Positions 62,872 through 64,000 of a DNA stretch of 64,000 nt are shown here, piece by piece (position 1 is the stretch's first letter; each line of letters starts with the position of its first letter). A program made the translations under genes and the position numbers. Under the pieces are notes generated by a model, which saw only the letters and a list, made by a program, of their open reading frames with translations, did no database searches and was not told where the DNA came from. Origin of the DNA: a virus (taxonomy: Duplodnaviria; Caudoviricetes); IMG/VR virus record IMGVR_UViG_3300046786_000226, positions 10,822 to 74,821 of that record. The stretch is one strand, 5' to 3'.

Positions 62872-63437
62872 TAATATTTCATTAAAAATTTCAGCCTAGA
62901 TTTGATGCTTTCCTGAACGCTTTCTTCTGGTGTTTGTTCAGGCTCAACTTCGGCTTGGGGTTCAGGTTGTTCTTCTGGTTCTTCAACCTGAGGATGTTTC
63001 TGATCGTATAGTACAGGATCAGTGATAACATATTGTTTAAATGATTCTTCGTCAAACGGAATATAATTTGTCAAACCCAAAGTTTTAAAATTCCAGTTAT
63101 CAATACCACTTAATTTATTGCTATCATGTAAGACACCACTAATAGATTTAAATGATTCTGGATTGCGTTCCATTTCTACATAAACAAGATATCTGCCCTT
63201 GCTGTCTGTAGCAGGACTTACTTCTACGTCTTTGAATTTATGTACGCTGTTTTCGATAAAGCGAGCAAGGTCGTGTGCAGGTTCCCTATCATTGACAGCA
63301 ATACTAAGAACAAGGTAATCTTTATCAGCACCTAACTTTGTTTTGTGCATGTCAATAAGAATATTGTCGTCAACTAACCACTTAAGGTCGTTTTCGCTTA
63401 AATGTTCTTTAAGCGTTTTGCTGTTGTGTTGTTTCAT
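62871..63437 (-). CDS. hypothetical phage protein
   Basis: Likely start [11 protein letters not shown]; Glu/Pro-rich C-terminus. Confidence 0.65.
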   Translation of the reverse strand: MKQHNSKTLKEHLSENDLKWLVDDNILIDMHKTKLGADKDYLVLSIAVNDREPAHDLARFIENSVHKFKDVEVSPATDSKGRYLVYVEMERNPESFKSISGVLHDSNKLSGIDNWNFKTLGLTNYIPFDEESFKQYVITDPVLYDQKHPQVEEPEEQPEPQAEVEPEQTPEESVQESIKSRLKFLMKY

Positions 63438-63966
63438 CTGCGGCGTTACCTTTTGCGGCTTCTTCATCGTTTAAGTTTTCATCATAGGCATCAGATACTG
63501 TGTCCATGTCAACATCTGATTTGCCAGCTTGTTCTTTGTTTGTCTTATCTTCGTCAACAAAGTGACGTGGCATTGTTACTTCAACTAACCATACTTTACT
63601 TTTAAGTAACTTAGGTTCTATTTTGCCCATTTGATTAGTTTTATCAGCATCAGTGGCTTGATCTTCTGCTGTTACTCGACCAACGTACTTTAACTCGTCT
63701 TGACTGTAAACTACTTTACATCCGTGATCAGTTAAGCGTAGTGCGCCTTCTGGATCAGGCATTAGTTTGTGCGGATACATTAAGGTAACTGTAATCCAGT
63801 AGCGGTCGATTTTTGGACCTTCTACGATTTCTCCCTTGATCCAGTTTTTGTAGACATAAACATCCAAGTCGTCAAACACACGCTCGAATTCTACTAAAAT
63901 GTCAAGAATGTTTTCACTGCTATAAACGTCGTCTAATGTGCTGTATATTAAGTCAATGTCAATCAT
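63409..63966 (-). CDS. hypothetical phage protein
   Basis: Start moved to MIDIDL; CTAAATA-N5-ATG upstream. Confidence 0.7.
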   Translation of the reverse strand: MIDIDLIYSTLDDVYSSENILDILVEFERVFDDLDVYVYKNWIKGEIVEGPKIDRYWITVTLMYPHKLMPDPEGALRLTDHGCKVVYSQDELKYVGRVTAEDQATDADKTNQMGKIEPKLLKSKVWLVEVTMPRHFVDEDKTNKEQAGKSDVDMDTVSDAYDENLNDEEAAKGNAADETTQQQNA

Positions 63967-64000
63967 GTATATATTTAGCCGCAAATTTAAATTTCAAAAG

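Noticed and set aside
305-63605. Numerous short antisense or alternate-frame ORFs in the track (e.g. 305-595, 4059-4373, 22285-22686, 30032-30508, 60918-61250)
   Set aside because: They lie wholly within confidently assigned genes, lack RBSs or motifs, and are expected shadow ORFs.
1-64000. Stop-codon reassignment (the gene ends I checked were TAA or TGA)
   Set aside because: PolB, ClpA, MetK, UvsE and the fibres are full length under code 11 with no fragmentation, so there is no evidence of recoding. A genome-wide coding-density comparison would be decisive.
1-64000. tRNA, rRNA, integrase or transposase genes
   Set aside because: No cloverleaf or T-loop GTTCRA signatures and no recombinase motifs were seen by eye; tRNAscan was not run.

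Overview
This window is a gene-dense, AT-rich, almost entirely minus-strand segment of a large lytic dsDNA (T4-superfamily-like or jumbo) bacteriophage. The host is probably a betaproteobacterium, inferred from three Bug/TctC solute-binding proteins and a phasin-like gene with a PhaR-type operator. It holds replication genes (family B DNA polymerase, probable sliding clamp, RNase H/5'-3' exonuclease) and a 7-deazaguanine pathway (FolE, QueD-like, QueE, TGT/DpdA-like) interleaved with a glycosyltransferase and sugar oxidoreductases. Host-like genes include MetK, Dps, ClpA, IF-1, UvsE and an MTA/SAH nucleosidase, and there are also tail-fibre/structural genes, holin- and spanin-like genes, sigma70 promoters and T4-late-like TAAATA promoters. 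Most notable: (1) an 11-kb array in which 11 of 13 consecutive proteins start with a T4-like capsid-targeting/prohead-protease motif M[KRN]hx[EQ]h..E, i.e. a predicted virion-packaged, protease-matured cargo (amidoligase, nucleotidyltransferase, ligase-like, nuclease-like, AT-hook proteins), one of which hides an internal twin-arginine (Tat) signal right after a predicted cleavage site; (2) a deazaguanine DNA-modification locus with no recognisable QueC but with sugar-transfer enzymes, suggesting a new glycosylated base; (3) an unassigned GC-rich structured RNA upstream of the nucleosidase; (4) a phasin-like gene under a perfect PhaR-like palindrome; (5) widespread apparently leaderless genes. 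No tRNA, rRNA, CRISPR array or mobile element was seen. All family calls come from motif recognition by eye; no database search was run.
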